Positions 63,051 through 64,000 of a stretch of DNA of 64,000 nucleotides are shown here, piece after piece. Source of the DNA: a virus; the IMG/VR virus record IMGVR_UViG_3300005337_000001, positions 96,001 through 160,000 of that record; one strand, given 5' to 3'. Below the pieces are notes generated by a model, which ran no database searches, was not told the DNA's origin, and saw only the letters and a list, made by a program, of their open reading frames with translations. Position 1 is the stretch's first letter, and every line of letters starts with the position of its first letter. Made by a program: the position numbers and the translations under genes.

Positions 63051-63478
63051 TCATTGGGGTCACCGGCAAGTACATCGTACGCACGCTCAAGACGATGGAG
63101 GAAGTGCGCGAGATTCACGACCGTAACGGTCGGCTCGACACCGAGGATTGCTTCGAGTTCATCTCGAACCTGCAGGTGCGTCCGGCCATGGACCCGCGTA
63201 CGCAGCAGCCACTGGGCTTGAGCTTCAGCAAGCAGACCATAGCGTGCCGCATCGACGCTACCCTCTTCCCGATGCCGCTGGCGCTGTCGCTGTTTGGAGC
63301 TGCGTTGTATTTCCTCGACGACCTGAAGGAAGGCGACGCCATGGCCTACAAGGACATCATCCGCGACGCCGTGCGCATGGGCGACGACATGCACAAGCAG
63401 CGCGTCGAAGCACTAACGGGCATCAAGGCAGCGCAGGCTAGCGCTATTCCTCAGGTCGGGCTGCCGTTTGTCCGCTGA
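62990..63478 (+). CDS. hypothetical protein
   Basis: Start reset to ATG 62990 (SD AAGGA); C-terminal part of ORF 62561-63478. Confidence 0.7.
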   Translation: MERTDTPELEKTGPAGTWLVIIGVTGKYIVRTLKTMEEVREIHDRNGRLDTEDCFEFISNLQVRPAMDPRTQQPLGLSFSKQTIACRIDATLFPMPLALSLFGAALYFLDDLKEGDAMAYKDIIRDAVRMGDDMHKQRVEALTGIKAAQASAIPQVGLPFVR

Positions 63479-63497
63479 CGCACGCAAAACACTTCCG

Positions 63498-64000
63498 ATG
63501 CTATGCGACGAGTGGATGGGTTGCACCAAGTGCAGCCTGTCCACCCACCGTGAGGCCAATCAAGGGCACATGGTATTTGGTGAAGGACGCCAGCGTGGCA
63601 TCCTCTTCCTGGGAGAGGGCCCCGGCGCCACCGAAGAAAACTACGGCAGACCGTTCATCGGAAAGTCGGGCGACCTGCTGCACAGGTTCTTGGACCACTA
63701 CAAAATCAAGAACTTCTACATCACTAACGTCGTGGCCTGCCGCTCTTGCATACCCATGACAGACGCGCTCGGCAACCCCGTCTTCTCACGAGGTCGAGGG
63801 AACATGCCTGGCGCGCCGCGCTACAAAGACCAGCCTCCCACCAAGGACCAGATGGAGGCCTGCGCTCCTCGAGTCTACGAGGAAATCTACATGGCGGACC
63901 CAGTGCTCATCGTGGCATTGGGTCAGAACGCAGCTTCGTTCTTGCGCAGGTCCAGCGTGAAGATCACACAGGAGCGCGGCGTTGCTCAAGAGATAGCGAT
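63498..64000 (+). CDS. udg: family-4 uracil-DNA glycosylase (4Fe-4S type), truncated by the window end; absent from the ORF track
   Basis: Own translation: CTKCSL..VFGEG..LFLGEGPGATEENYGRPFIGKSG..YITNVVAC..CAP..IVALG. Confidence 0.9.
   Translation, partial: MLCDEWMGCTKCSLSTHREANQGHMVFGEGRQRGILFLGEGPGATEENYGRPFIGKSGDLLHRFLDHYKIKNFYITNVVACRSCIPMTDALGNPVFSRGRGNMPGAPRYKDQPPTKDQMEACAPRVYEEIYMADPVLIVALGQNAASFLRRSSVKITQERGVAQEIA

Noticed and set aside
1-64000. Eukaryotic giant virus or alternative genetic code
   Set aside because: SD sites, 1-4 nt operon overlaps and HK97 capsid/portal/terminase/sheath genes indicate a bacteriophage; TAA, TAG and TGA all end genes and long ORFs are intact under code 11
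1-64000. CRISPR array, tRNA, rRNA, IS element
   Set aside because: No repeat-spacer array, cloverleaf or transposase motif recognised; intergenic gaps are mostly under 120 nt. A tRNAscan-SE run would be needed to exclude tRNAs fully

Overview
This window is 64 kb of a large, GC-rich tailed bacteriophage genome with a contractile tail; it looks like a jumbo-type myovirus. No host gene context, integrase, tRNA or CRISPR array was recognised. Most of the minus strand is one morphogenesis region: portal (55339-57420), large terminase (36640-38448), prohead protease (32226-33950), scaffold-like proteins, HK97-type major capsid (27849-28964), neck/adaptor proteins, tail sheath (16868-20002), tail tube (15777-16541), baseplate spike (43039-44307), and a tail-chaperone G/GT pair with a canonical -1 slippery site (GGGAAAT, 734-740). 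The first gene of one of these operons is a 2129-aa single-chain beta-beta' RNA polymerase. It is translationally coupled to the spike gene, lacks the beta' N-terminal zinc-binding domain and has a substituted rifampicin pocket. Plus-strand blocks (7557-12888, 50798-55219, 60705-64000) carry accessory and DNA-metabolism genes: a CHAP-like hydrolase, a DNA methyltransferase, a MoxR AAA+/DUF2201-vWA pair, an SF2 helicase and a family-4 UDG. The most striking unannotated pattern is a K-x-A-(S/A/G/E) motif repeated dozens of times in about 14 head-associated proteins, often just before cationic glycine-zipper segments. This suggests a protease-processed, capsid-packaged set of membrane-active peptides (inference). 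All functional calls rest on motifs read by eye; no database search was run. Several start codons were moved relative to the ORF track using SD sites and gene overlaps.
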